A stretch of DNA of 64,000 bases from an uncultured Gammaproteobacteria bacterium (GCA_964551605.1 CAZKCV010000002.1:8500-72499); one strand, 5' to 3'; shown: positions 26,655-36,655, counted from the first letter of the stretch. Translations and numbers: made by a program. Notes: a model not told the origin generated them from the letters alone.

Positions 26655-29600
26655 ATGAAGAAAAGAGCAGATACTACCTCACAAATTATCTCCTTGCCCC
26701 GAACCAGAGGCCGCAGAAAAACTAACGGAGAACACCGTACTAATGGTTTAGATGCAAACGGCCGCAGCTTTGAAACCAGGTTCATGTCCCGTTATAAAAA
26801 AATCCCCTCCCTGCCTGCAGGTTTGCCCGTACCCACTTTTTCCGAAAGCTCCAATAAAATCCTGCAGGAGCGCTACCTTTTAAAAGGCGGCAACTTAGAG
26901 ATAGTAGAAACCATATCCGAGCGGTTTTGGCATATTGCCTATGATATTGCTTCCGGAGACTTTGATTTTAATGTAGCGGAAAAGCAGGTTTCTGATCTGG
27001 CCAAGAAGTTTTATTCCATGATGGTCCATCAGGAATTTTTGCCTAATTCCCCGACCATTATGAATGCCGGAAAACAAAACGGCCTGCAATATTCTGCCTG
27101 TTTTGTATTGCCGGTTGGTGATTCCTTGCCGGAGATTTTTGATTCCATCAAATATGCGGCTTTAATTCACCAGACAGGTGGCGGAACCGGGTTTGCTTTC
27201 TCACGTCTTAGGCCGGCCGGCTCGATTGTCAATACTACCGGCGGAGTAGCTTCCGGACCGGTTTCATTTTTACGGGTTTTCAATGCGGCGACAGAATCCA
27301 TTAAGCAGGGCGGTACCAGAAGGGGAGCCAACATGGGTATTTTGCGGGTGGATCATCCGGATATCCTGGAATTTATCCGTTGTAAGGCCGAACTGGATGA
27401 TCTCAATAAGCCGATTTATGAAGGCATTGCCCCGCTTTTGCCTGACGACTCTGCACGGGAGTATGCAAAAACACTGCTTTTGGACAGACAAATTGCCAAT
27501 TTTAATGTTTCCGTGGCTGCCACCGATAAATTCATGCAGGCAGTTGACAAGGGCGGGGATTATGAATTGATAACTCCTCATAATGGCGAGGTGGTGGGAA
27601 AGCTCAACGCCCGGGAAGTCTTTGATGAGATAATTGAAAGGGCCTGGAAAACCGGTGACCCGGGACTCATTTTCATTGACCGGATTAATGATTCCCCTGC
27701 TAATCCGGTACCCTCCATGGAAACAATTGAAGCTACAAATCCGTGTGTAACCGGGGATGCTTGGGTTCATACTAATGTAGGACCGAGACAAGTATCTGAT
27801 TTAACCGGTAGGCCATTTTTAGCCAGAATTAATGGCCGTGATCATCTCTCCGGCTTGGAAGGATTTTTTAAGACCGGTACAAAAAAAGTCATTAATCTAC
27901 AGACAATTGAAGGGTATGGTCTGCGTTTAACTCCAGATCATTTAATAAGAAAAATTACTTGTGTTGGATCTGATCAGGTTGAATGGACTAAGGCGGGAGA
28001 ATTAAAGATTGGAGATTATATTGAGATAAATAACCATAGGGCAAATAGTCAATGGTCCGGAAAATATACATATAAAGAAGGATATCTCATTGGTTTGTTG
28101 GTGGGTGACGGGACATTGAAAGCAGATAAAGCTGTTTTGTCTGTGTGGGACACTTCTAAATTATCAACAGCAGTACAGCCTAGCGGTGCACAAAGCATGA
28201 TGCAATTTGCTCTTCAGAGTACTGATTCAGTACCCCATCGAAGTGATTTCTCTGGTTGGATGTTTTTGCCTGATAGGAATGAGTATCGGATGGCGCTTGG
28301 GTATGTAAAACATTTAGCTCATGAGTTAGGGATGTATCCGGGCAGAAAAACTATTACAAAAGAAATTGAGAAAGCCTCGAGCGATTTTTATAAAGGTTTT
28401 TTGAGAGGATTATTTGATACTGACGGTTCTGTACAAGGTTATGAAGGCGGACGTGTCAGTATCAGGTTAGCTCAATCTGATTTGCCACTGCTTCAGGCAG
28501 TTCAGAGAATGCTACTGCGTTTAGGGATTTTTTCCCATATTTTTCAGAATAGACGCAAAGCAGGCAAAAAATTGCTGCCCGATGGAAAAGGCGGTTATAA
28601 GGAATATCCGGTTAAAGCACAACATGAACTCTCAATCACCATGGATAACATAGAAGTTTTTAATGAATTAATTGGTTTTGCCAATAGTGAAAAGTCAACA
28701 AAATCAGCACAGAAAATAGCATCTCATAGTACTAGAGGTTTTTACAAACAAAAATTTGCAGCAAGGATAAAAAGTATCGAATTTGAATCTAAAGAGGATG
28801 TTTACGATGTTAGTATACCTAAAGTAAATTATTTTGATGCTAATGGAATAATAGCCCATAATTGTGGCGAGCAACCGCTGGCACCCTGGGATGCCTGTAA
28901 TTTAGGCTCCATTAATTTAGGGAAATTTGTCTATGCTGATGGTTCCGGTGTGGATTTTGAAAAGCTAAAACAGGCCACCCATTTGGCAGTTCATTTTCTG
29001 GACAATGTAGTGCAGACAAATCCTTTCACCCTAAAGCAAATTTATGATGAAGTGCGCCAAAACCGGAGAATCGGTTTAGGGGTAATGGGTTTTGCCGATA
29101 TGCTGTTTAAGCTAAAAACCCCCTATAATTCTGATGAGGCTCTTGAGCTGGCTGAAAAAATAATGCAGTTTATTAATGACGAGGGCCATAAAAAATCAGA
29201 AGAGTTGGCTAAAGAGCGGGGTGCCTTCCCGAACTGGGTACATTCTATCTACGCTGACAGGGAAGCTTCGGCTTTCAAGAACAGGCCGGCTGCCTATGCT
29301 TACCAGGGAGGAAGAAAAATCAGAAATTCTACCGTGACTACTATTGCTCCTACGGGTACGATTTCCATTATCGGAGACTGTTCATCCGGCATTGAGCCGG
29401 TCTTTGCTTTGGCCTATATTCACAAAGCTAAAGCCAAAGGAGATCAGTATCGAATTCTGACGATTGCCAACCAAACTTTTACGGATATTGCCAAAAGGGA
29501 AGGTTTTTATAGTGATGACCTGGCTGCAAAGGTGCTGGAACACGGGTCAGTCATCGGTGTAACTGAGATGCCGGAGCAGTGGCAAAAGGTGTTTGTAACG

Positions 29601-30392
29601 GCCCAGGAGATTGACCCGGTCTGGCATGTTAAGATGCAGGCTGCATTTCAGCGGTTTACGGATAATGGCGTGTCTAAAACTATCAACCTACCGAATTCCG
29701 CTACCAAAGATGATGTGGCCCTGGCTTACCAGATGGCCTATGACACCGGCTGTAATGGGATCACCATTTACCGGGATGGTTCCAAGTCTACGCAGGTGTT
29801 AAATGTTTCATCCAGTCTTAATAAATCTGTTGAAGATCCGGCAGCTCCGGTGGCTGAGCGGCCCATGATCCTAAGGGGCCGGACTTATAAAATTTCTACT
29901 CCGGTGGGAGAAGCTTTTATTACCGTTAACCGGGATATAGCTGACCAGCCGTTTGAGGTCTTTGTCACAGTGGGCCGGGCCGGCATGCATACTATGGCAG
30001 ATGCGGAAGCCATGGGTAGGTTGGTTTCATTATCTTTGAGATTGGCCAGGGGAGCCAAAGAAACAGATCCCAAGGCCGTAGCCTTAAAGATTGTCGGGCA
30101 GCTTCGGGGGATCGGGGGAGCCTTAAGTGTAGGGTTTGGCAAAAACCGGGTGCAGAGTTTGGCAGATGCTATTGCCAAAGTCCTGGCAGAAGATTTGGCT
30201 CTGACTCCGGAAGAACGCCAGGTAGAAGCTATTCCATTGGATTTAGCCGTAAACGGAGATCCGGCACCGCTGTCAACCAATAGTGAATTCCCGGCTACCA
30301 ATGCTGATTTGTGTCCTGAGTGCGGTTCAGCCTCCTTTGTGATGGAAGAAGGCTGTAAGAAATGTCATTCGTGTGGCTATAGTATGTGCTGA
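26655..30392 (+). CDS. nrdJ: Adenosylcobalamin-dependent (class II) ribonucleotide reductase with intein, C-terminal TSCPD-like domain and Zn ribbon
   Basis: FLPNSPT, SACFV, GGGTG, KQGG.RRGANM, TNPC|GEQ split by an intein, TIAPTGT, SKTIN, YRDGS, CPECG/CHSCG; cobO nearby. Confidence 0.93.
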   Translation: MKKRADTTSQIISLPRTRGRRKTNGEHRTNGLDANGRSFETRFMSRYKKIPSLPAGLPVPTFSESSNKILQERYLLKGGNLEIVETISERFWHIAYDIASGDFDFNVAEKQVSDLAKKFYSMMVHQEFLPNSPTIMNAGKQNGLQYSACFVLPVGDSLPEIFDSIKYAALIHQTGGGTGFAFSRLRPAGSIVNTTGGVASGPVSFLRVFNAATESIKQGGTRRGANMGILRVDHPDILEFIRCKAELDDLNKPIYEGIAPLLPDDSAREYAKTLLLDRQIANFNVSVAATDKFMQAVDKGGDYELITPHNGEVVGKLNAREVFDEIIERAWKTGDPGLIFIDRINDSPANPVPSMETIEATNPCVTGDAWVHTNVGPRQVSDLTGRPFLARINGRDHLSGLEGFFKTGTKKVINLQTIEGYGLRLTPDHLIRKITCVGSDQVEWTKAGELKIGDYIEINNHRANSQWSGKYTYKEGYLIGLLVGDGTLKADKAVLSVWDTSKLSTAVQPSGAQSMMQFALQSTDSVPHRSDFSGWMFLPDRNEYRMALGYVKHLAHELGMYPGRKTITKEIEKASSDFYKGFLRGLFDTDGSVQGYEGGRVSIRLAQSDLPLLQAVQRMLLRLGIFSHIFQNRRKAGKKLLPDGKGGYKEYPVKAQHELSITMDNIEVFNELIGFANSEKSTKSAQKIASHSTRGFYKQKFAARIKSIEFESKEDVYDVSIPKVNYFDANGIIAHNCGEQPLAPWDACNLGSINLGKFVYADGSGVDFEKLKQATHLAVHFLDNVVQTNPFTLKQIYDEVRQNRRIGLGVMGFADMLFKLKTPYNSDEALELAEKIMQFINDEGHKKSEELAKERGAFPNWVHSIYADREASAFKNRPAAYAYQGGRKIRNSTVTTIAPTGTISIIGDCSSGIEPVFALAYIHKAKAKGDQYRILTIANQTFTDIAKREGFYSDDLAAKVLEHGSVIGVTEMPEQWQKVFVTAQEIDPVWHVKMQAAFQRFTDNGVSKTINLPNSATKDDVALAYQMAYDTGCNGITIYRDGSKSTQVLNVSSSLNKSVEDPAAPVAERPMILRGRTYKISTPVGEAFITVNRDIADQPFEVFVTVGRAGMHTMADAEAMGRLVSLSLRLARGAKETDPKAVALKIVGQLRGIGGALSVGFGKNRVQSLADAIAKVLAEDLALTPEERQVEAIPLDLAVNGDPAPLSTNSEFPATNADLCPECGSASFVMEEGCKKCHSCGYSMC
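27744..28862 (+). mobile_element. Intein (373 aa) with LAGLIDADG homing endonuclease, at the RNR active-site cysteine
   Basis: Starts CVTGD after TNP; block B LRLTPDH; LIGLLVGDG and FLRGLFDTDG motifs; VYDV..; ends IAHN before the +1 Cys of CGEQ. Confidence 0.95.
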
Positions 30393-30540
30393 CATTTCTT
30401 GCGAAATCTTCGCTTGTTATTGTAATCGTTGTTACAATAACGGCTACGATGTTCTTAAGAACTTGCTCACAAGTTCGCAAGACCTTGCGACAGCAGGCTG
30501 TCTTAAAAAGTGTCATTCGTGTGGCTATTCAATGTGTTAA
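30357..30540 (+). repeat. Duplicated nrdJ 3' end (30357-30392 and 30505-30540) flanking a 112-bp multi-hairpin element
   Basis: Both 36-nt copies encode KKCHSCGYSMC-stop, 29/36 nt identical; the spacer holds several perfect inverted repeats. Confidence 0.85.
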
Positions 30541-30558
30541 TTTTGATACAATCAAACA

Positions 30559-30804
30559 GTGAAACAAAAGTTAATTGAGATAGTTGGATGGTATGGGGCT
30601 ATTGCCATAGTGGGAGCCTTTGCTTTATCCAGTTTTTCCCTGATTAAACCAACTGATTTGGTATACCAATTACTTAATCTTACAGGAGCAATAGGAATAG
30701 TGGCAGTTTCCTTATATAAAAGAGCTTACCAGCCAGCCGTTTTAAATATCATCTGGACACTGATAGCTTTGGTGGCTGTAGCCAAAATTTTCCTGAATAT
30801 TTAG
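30559..30804 (+). CDS. Small 3-TM membrane protein (CBU_0592-like)
   Basis: IVGWYGA..., YQLLNLTGA, AYQPAVLNIIW pattern. Confidence 0.7.
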   Translation: MKQKLIEIVGWYGAIAIVGAFALSSFSLIKPTDLVYQLLNLTGAIGIVAVSLYKRAYQPAVLNIIWTLIALVAVAKIFLNI

Positions 30805-30813
30805 CTTTCTATC

Positions 30814-30853
30814 CCGAGGTGTCAATACACTTCCACCCCCGAGGTGGAAGCAC
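30814..30853. repeat. REP-like 40-bp repeat, copy 1 (downstream of RAYT)
   Basis: CCGAGGTGTCAATACACTTCCACCCCCGAGGTGGAAGCAC with hairpin CTTCCACC-N5-GGTGGAAG; identical to 31527-31566. Confidence 0.9.
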
Positions 30854-30856
30854 GAA

Positions 30857-31501
30857 TTAATCTTCGCTATCCAATAGTTGGTGTTTAATTACCTCCAACT
30901 TTTGTGCATAGTCAATTTGGTCATCAACGAACTTTTTGTAATCCATTACAGATTGAAAGAAATTGAGAATTTCTTTCTTTGTGCACATCCCTTTGCCATT
31001 AAGGTATTCATTATAAGACGACCATTCGTAATCTTCTGGCTTCTTAACTAGAAATGACGAGACAGGGTTTAAATGGATATACCGAGAGACATGGATTAAT
31101 TGTTCATCCGATTCTATTAGAACCGCTTTAAATTGTCCTTGCAATAGAGGTCCGACTCTGTCGAACTTAACATTATAGTATTTAGTATAACTATTGGTCA
31201 GTTTGCCGATGAATTCACTTACACCATTTTCTTTTAATTGTTTAATGAGAAAATGGAAATGATTAGGCATTAGGCAATAACAGATAATTTCAACAATCTT
31301 TTTATCAGGATCTGGCTCAAATAATTTGTATTTGATAAAGTTAGAAAACTTTGGTTTAGGTCCTTCTAATTGATAATAACCGATTGCCTGTAAAAACCTT
31401 GTGTAGGTTCTTCTATTTTCAAAAATCCGTCTTTTTTCCACTCCACGGTTGTATACGTGATAAAACTGACCATTAATTAGCGGAGTAATTCTATTTGGCA
31501 T
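30857..31501 (-). mobile_element. REP-associated tyrosine transposase (RAYT, Y1 HUH family)
   Basis: YHVYNRG, YCLMPNHFH (HUH), LLQGQFKA, RYIHLNPV (catalytic Tyr), YEWSSY motifs; flanked by hairpin repeats. Confidence 0.9.
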
Positions 31502-31509
31502 ATGAGATC

Positions 31510-31538
31510 AGAATAACTAAAAATTACCGAGGTGTCAA
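31510..31538 (-). promoter_or_regulatory. RAYT promoter whose -35 lies inside the REP-like repeat
   Basis: Minus strand TTGACA(31538-31533)-17 nt-TATTCT(31515-31510), 8 nt before the ATG. Confidence 0.65.
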
Positions 31539-31566
31539 TACACTTCCACCCCCGAGGTGGAAGCAC
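31527..31566. repeat. REP-like 40-bp repeat, copy 2 (upstream of RAYT)
   Basis: 40/40 identical to 30814-30853, same orientation. Confidence 0.9.
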
Positions 31567-31597
31567 AAATTGAAGAGTTCTTTGTTAGAATAAGCTC

Positions 31598-32131
31598 ATG
31601 AATCAGGAAAAGGGATTGGTGATTTTATATACCGGGGAGGGGAAGGGAAAAACGACGGCCGCTTTAGGATTGGTCCTGCGGGCAGTAGGATACAAAAGGA
31701 AATGCCTGATAATCCAGTTTGGCAAAATGTGGTTTACAGGAGAAGTTGCCGGAGTTAAAAAGCTTTCTCCTTTAGTCAAATTCATCCAAGGCGGCAAAGG
31801 ATTTGTTAAGATTTTAGGTGATAAACTGCCTCTAAAAGAGCACAAAAAAGCAGCATTGGATACGTTTAATTTATTAGAAAAAGAAGTGAAATCCGGCAAA
31901 TGGGATGTGGTGGTAGGAGATGAGATTGTGGGGGCTGTTTCCTCAGGACTATTATCTCTTACAAAGGTATTACGTCTTATTCATAATAAACCTACGGAGT
32001 TAGATTTAGTATTAACAGGCCATCATGCCTCTAAAAAATTAATGGAGATGGCAGATATAGTGACTGAGATGCGGGAGGTTAAACACCCTTATAAACAAGG
32101 CATTTTGGCAAAAAGGGGTCTTGACTTTTAG
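31598..32131 (+). CDS. cobO: Cob(I)alamin adenosyltransferase (CobO/BtuR/CobA type)
   Basis: YTGEGKGKTTAALG P-loop, IIQF.K, DE, VLTGH, AD.VTEM..VKHP motifs. Confidence 0.9.
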   Translation: MNQEKGLVILYTGEGKGKTTAALGLVLRAVGYKRKCLIIQFGKMWFTGEVAGVKKLSPLVKFIQGGKGFVKILGDKLPLKEHKKAALDTFNLLEKEVKSGKWDVVVGDEIVGAVSSGLLSLTKVLRLIHNKPTELDLVLTGHHASKKLMEMADIVTEMREVKHPYKQGILAKRGLDF

Positions 32132-32154
32132 CACTCAAAGTGCTATTCTGCTAA
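32121..32154 (+). promoter_or_regulatory. lon promoter overlapped by a CIRCE-like (HrcA) operator
   Basis: TTGACT(32121)-17 nt-TATTCT(32144); TTAGCACTC-N9-TTCTGCTAA (32128-32154) versus consensus TTAGCACTC-N9-GAGTGCTAA. Confidence 0.7.
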
Positions 32155-32163
32155 TAATAAATT

Positions 32164-34584
32164 ATGGCTGATTTCATTAAACCAACTACAGAACCTCTTA
32201 AACTTAAGCCAACCATGCCTGTGGGACCACTGCGTGATACGGTGATTTTTCCCGGTAATTCCGTTCCCATTATTTCCGGTAGGCCAAAATCTAAAGCAGC
32301 ACTTGATGTAGCCTGGAATTCCGATAAATTAATCGTTTTTGTCACCCAAAAAAACTCCCGGATTGAAGATCCTACAGAGAAAGATCTTTATAAAGTAGGC
32401 ACTGTTTGTTTGATCAGAAGGGTGGTTAAAAACCCGGAAGGTGAATACACTTTGCAGGCTGAGGGTTTGAGTAGGGTTTTTTTGAAGAGCTTTACTAAGA
32501 TTGATCCATACATAGAGGCAGAAATAGAAGAAATTCCGGAACTTTATGAGAAAAGTGAACAGACAGAGGCTTTAATCCGGACTGTCCGGGAACAAGTCAA
32601 GCGTTACCTGGAACTCGGCGGCAACCCGTTTTTTGACCAGAGCACCTTTGCTAACTGGTCTTTATTTACCTACAGTGATGACCCGAACCAACTGGTTAAT
32701 TCCATCACCCAGGCGATTGATTTTAAGACCATAGATAAGCAGCAAATTTTAGAGATGGTTTCTGCGGCTGAGCGGTTGCAACGGCTTTCCGAACTGCTGG
32801 CCAAAGAGATCAGGATTTTGGAAATTTCCCAAAAAATCTCTTCCCAAACCCAGGAGCGGGTTTCCAAAATGACCAAGGAAGCAATTTTGCGGGAGCAGAT
32901 GAAAAGCATTGAAGAAGAGCTGGGAGGCGCAGATACCGAACACCAGGAGATTAAGGAATTTGAACTGAAAATTAAAAATGCCGGCATGCCCAAGGAGGTT
33001 TTGGAGCGGGCAAAGAAAGAGTTGGGTAGGCTTGCCAAAATGTCCTCTTACAACCCGGAAGCAGGTTACATCAGGAATTACTTGGAATGGTTAACGGATT
33101 TGCCTTGGAAATCGGCAAAAAGAGGTAAAGTTGATTTGAAAAAAGCGGAGGGAATTTTAGAGGAGGACCACTACGGGCTTAAAAAAGTTAAAGAAAGGGT
33201 TATAGAATACCTGGCTGTTTATAAGCTGGCCGGCAAGATGAGAGGGCCTATCCTTTGTTTTGTAGGGCCACCGGGTACGGGAAAAACTTCAATAGGGAAA
33301 TCTATTGCCAGGGCCCTAAACCGCAAATTTGTCAAAGTGTCGTTAGGCGGTATCCGTGATGAGGCAGAAATCAGAGGCCACAGGCGGACTTATGTCGGAT
33401 CCATGCCCGGCAGAATAATTCAGGGAATAAAGCAGGCAGGCGCCACTAATCCAGTTTTTATGCTGGATGAGATTGATAAAATTGGAGCCGATTATCGAGG
33501 TGATCCTTCGGCAGCGCTTCTGGAAGCACTAGATCCTGAACAAAACGAAGGGTTTTCCGACCATTATTTGGAGGTCTCCTACGATCTTTCCAATGTCATG
33601 TTTATTACCACTGCCAATATTTTGGATACCATTCCTTCGGCTCTGCGGGACAGACTTGAGGTGATCAGGTATCCGGGTTATACAGAAGATGAGAAATTCC
33701 ATATTGCCAAGCAGTTTCTTATCCCTAAGCAGGTTGAAAACCACGGTCTGACTAAAAATCAAATTGAGTTTGAGGATCAGGCGGTCTACTCGATTATCAG
33801 GGAGTATACCAGGGAAGCCGGAGTCAGGAGTTTGGAAAGGGAGGTTTCAGCAGTGCTTAGAAAAGTAGCCCGCAAGATTGCTGAGGGTAATGGAGAAGTG
33901 AAGAAATTTGTAATTACCCCGGCAGATGTCCACAAATTCCTGGGTCCTATTAAGTTTTTGCCAATCTTGGCTGAAAAACAGGACGAAATTGGCATGGTGA
34001 CCGGCCTGTCCGTGACTGAGGCAGGCGGGGAAGTTTTGTTTATCGAGGTAACTTTAATGCCCGGAAAAGGCAATTTACTTTTGACAGGGCAACTGGGAGA
34101 TGTGATGAAAGAATCAGGCCAGGCTGCGATGTCTTATGTCCGGTCACACTGGGCGGATTTAGGGTTACCGGAGCACTTTTTTCAAAAAGTTGATGTCCAT
34201 GTGCATGTGCCGGAAGGTGCTATCCCGAAAGATGGCCCGTCTGCAGGTATCTCTTTAACCACTGCCATAGTTTCGGCTTTCACTAAGATACCGGTCCGTA
34301 AAGAGGTGGCGATGACCGGTGAAGTGACGCTCCGGGGAAGGGTTTTAGAAATCGGCGGATTTAAGGAAAAGATTTTGGCAGCCCACCGGGCCGGAGTGAA
34401 AACCATTATTGCCCCGGCTGATAACGAAAAAGACCTGGAAGATATTCCGGATTTTGTCCAAAAAGACTTAAAGTTTGTTTTCGCCAAACACATGGATGAT
34501 GTATTAAAGTTAGCTTTAATCCGGTCTCCCCAACAAGTCTCCCGCAAAAGAATCCCGGTTTCTCCTCCGGTATATATAGCTTAA
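32164..34584 (+). CDS. lon: ATP-dependent Lon protease
   Basis: LON N-domain, [14 protein letters not shown] Walker [15 protein letters not shown] catalytic Ser, catalytic Lys in GGFKEK. Confidence 0.97.
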   Translation: MADFIKPTTEPLKLKPTMPVGPLRDTVIFPGNSVPIISGRPKSKAALDVAWNSDKLIVFVTQKNSRIEDPTEKDLYKVGTVCLIRRVVKNPEGEYTLQAEGLSRVFLKSFTKIDPYIEAEIEEIPELYEKSEQTEALIRTVREQVKRYLELGGNPFFDQSTFANWSLFTYSDDPNQLVNSITQAIDFKTIDKQQILEMVSAAERLQRLSELLAKEIRILEISQKISSQTQERVSKMTKEAILREQMKSIEEELGGADTEHQEIKEFELKIKNAGMPKEVLERAKKELGRLAKMSSYNPEAGYIRNYLEWLTDLPWKSAKRGKVDLKKAEGILEEDHYGLKKVKERVIEYLAVYKLAGKMRGPILCFVGPPGTGKTSIGKSIARALNRKFVKVSLGGIRDEAEIRGHRRTYVGSMPGRIIQGIKQAGATNPVFMLDEIDKIGADYRGDPSAALLEALDPEQNEGFSDHYLEVSYDLSNVMFITTANILDTIPSALRDRLEVIRYPGYTEDEKFHIAKQFLIPKQVENHGLTKNQIEFEDQAVYSIIREYTREAGVRSLEREVSAVLRKVARKIAEGNGEVKKFVITPADVHKFLGPIKFLPILAEKQDEIGMVTGLSVTEAGGEVLFIEVTLMPGKGNLLLTGQLGDVMKESGQAAMSYVRSHWADLGLPEHFFQKVDVHVHVPEGAIPKDGPSAGISLTTAIVSAFTKIPVRKEVAMTGEVTLRGRVLEIGGFKEKILAAHRAGVKTIIAPADNEKDLEDIPDFVQKDLKFVFAKHMDDVLKLALIRSPQQVSRKRIPVSPPVYIA

Positions 34585-34648
34585 ACTTCCTGCTTGACTA
34601 AATAGGGGATGATTGTGTAAATTTTAGTAACTGCTCCAATAAATTTTC

Positions 34649-36655
34649 ATGGATTTTGTCGTAAATAATACCAATTTAATTATCTGGGTTGCTGTGGCAG
34701 CTGCACTTTTATATGGCGGTTGGCTGATTGTAGATATATTAAAAAAAGATTCCGGTGATGAAAAAATGAAAGAGATTGCCGGGGCTATTCAAGTGGGAGC
34801 TGCTGCTTATTTGCAAAGGCAATATAAAGTAGTAGCCTTGGTTGCCATTGCCGTAGCTGTGTTAATTTACTTTACCCTGGGGCAAAATACAGCAGTTGGA
34901 TTTTTGATCGGAGCCACGCTTTCAGCCATGGCTGGTTTTATTGGTATGAGTGTAGCTGTCCGGGCCAATGTCCGGGTGGCACAGGAAGCTAAAAACGGTT
35001 TATCCCCGGCTTTTATCTTAGCTTATAAAGGCGGGGCAGTGACCGGATTTTTGGTGGTAGGTTTGGCCCTGGCTGCAGTTTATGGGTTTTATCAATACAC
35101 AGGAGGAGACTTAAAATCTTTAATTGGGTTGGGTTTTGGCGGCTCCCTTATTTCCGTCTTTGCCCGTCTGGGCGGGGGAATTTTTACCAAAGGTGCAGAT
35201 GTCGGAGCTGATTTAGTGGGAAAAATTGAAGCCGGGATTCCGGAAGATGACCCGAGGAACCCAGCTGTGATTGCCGATAATGTGGGAGATAATGTGGGTG
35301 ATGATGCCGGCATGGCAGCAGATATCTTTGAAACCTATATTGTGACTGCTATTGCGGCTATGATCTTAGGGCAACTCCTTTTCCCGGGATTTGACGGCGC
35401 CATTATCTTTCCGGTATTAGTTTTAGCCATGGGAGTTTTCGCTTCGGTATTGGGTTCTTTATTTGTCAGATTAGCAGGTAAAAATATTATGGGAGCGCTC
35501 TACAAAGGTATGATTGCGACCGCTATTTTATGTGTAATTTTATTCTATCCTGTTACTTCCGCTTTAATGGGTGATAATGGTGCAGTTTCAGTATTAAATC
35601 TTTATCTGGCAGCACTCATCGGAGTGGTGGTCACTGCCGGGATGGTGATAATTACTGAATACTATACCGGTACCCAATATTCCCCGGTGCAAAATCTAGG
35701 TCTGGCTTCAAAAACCGGTCATGCCACTAATATCATTGCCGGACTGGCGCTGTCTATGCGTTCTACCTTTTGGCCAATCATTTTAATCTCTGCTGCAGTG
35801 ATAGTCAGTTTTCTTTTGGCAGGATTATATGGAATTGCTTTGGCCGGTGTAACTATGCTTTCTTTGGCCGGTATTGTGGTAGCTATTGATGCTTTTGGCC
35901 CGATTACTGATAATGCCGGGGGAATTGCGGAGATGGCTAACATGCCTTCAAAAGTCCGTGGGGTAACAGATCCTTTGGATGCAGTAGGAAATACCACAAA
36001 GGCAGTGACTAAGGGCTATGCTATTGGTTCAGCAGCTTTGGCAGCCATGGTGCTTTTTACAGCTTTTGCCCAGGAATTTTCTTCCATCGGTTCAGATCTG
36101 CAGTTTTCTTTGTCTGATCCAAAAGTTTTGGTAGGTCTTTTTATAGGTGGTGCCCTCCCCTATCTTTTTGCTTCATTTGCTATGGAGGCAGTGGGGAAGG
36201 CCGGCGGGGCAGTGGTGGAAGAGGTCAGAAGGCAGTTTAGAACTATTAAAGGTATTATGGAAGGTAAAGCCAAACCGGATTATGCCAAATGTGTGGATAT
36301 TGTGACTGCTTCTGCCCAAAAACAGATGCTAGTTCCGGCTTTGATCCCGGTTTTAGCACCGGTTATTGTCGGATTTACCTTAGGCCCGGTTGCCCTTGGT
36401 GGGATGTTGGTGGGTTCAATTGTGACCGGGATATTTGTGGCAGTTTCCATGACCACCGGAGGAGCTGCTTGGGATAATGCTAAAAAGTATATTGAGTCAG
36501 GTAAGTTTGGCGGTAAGGGTTCTGAAGCCCACAAAGCCGCAGTCACAGGAGATACAGTCGGTGATCCTTACAAAGACACTGCCGGTCCGGCAATCAATCC
36601 TATGATTAAAGTTGTAAATATTGTGGCTTTGTTATTAGTGCCTTTTCTTAGGTAA
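34649..36655 (+). CDS. hppA: Membrane H+-translocating pyrophosphatase (predicted K+-independent)
   Basis: [54 protein letters not shown] motifs. Confidence 0.95.
   Translation: MDFVVNNTNLIIWVAVAAALLYGGWLIVDILKKDSGDEKMKEIAGAIQVGAAAYLQRQYKVVALVAIAVAVLIYFTLGQNTAVGFLIGATLSAMAGFIGMSVAVRANVRVAQEAKNGLSPAFILAYKGGAVTGFLVVGLALAAVYGFYQYTGGDLKSLIGLGFGGSLISVFARLGGGIFTKGADVGADLVGKIEAGIPEDDPRNPAVIADNVGDNVGDDAGMAADIFETYIVTAIAAMILGQLLFPGFDGAIIFPVLVLAMGVFASVLGSLFVRLAGKNIMGALYKGMIATAILCVILFYPVTSALMGDNGAVSVLNLYLAALIGVVVTAGMVIITEYYTGTQYSPVQNLGLASKTGHATNIIAGLALSMRSTFWPIILISAAVIVSFLLAGLYGIALAGVTMLSLAGIVVAIDAFGPITDNAGGIAEMANMPSKVRGVTDPLDAVGNTTKAVTKGYAIGSAALAAMVLFTAFAQEFSSIGSDLQFSLSDPKVLVGLFIGGALPYLFASFAMEAVGKAGGAVVEEVRRQFRTIKGIMEGKAKPDYAKCVDIVTASAQKQMLVPALIPVLAPVIVGFTLGPVALGGMLVGSIVTGIFVAVSMTTGGAAWDNAKKYIESGKFGGKGSEAHKAAVTGDTVGDPYKDTAGPAINPMIKVVNIVALLLVPFLR

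Noticed and set aside
30357-30540. nrdJ tail duplication as a DGR or integron attC cassette
   Set aside because: Differences are synonymous rather than adenine-specific; no RYYYAAC/GTTRRRY box arrangement or integrase is evident.
30814-31566. 40-bp repeats as CRISPR repeats or a target-site duplication
   Set aside because: Separated by a whole gene and hairpin-bearing; Y1 HUH transposases do not make target duplications, so a REP interpretation fits better.
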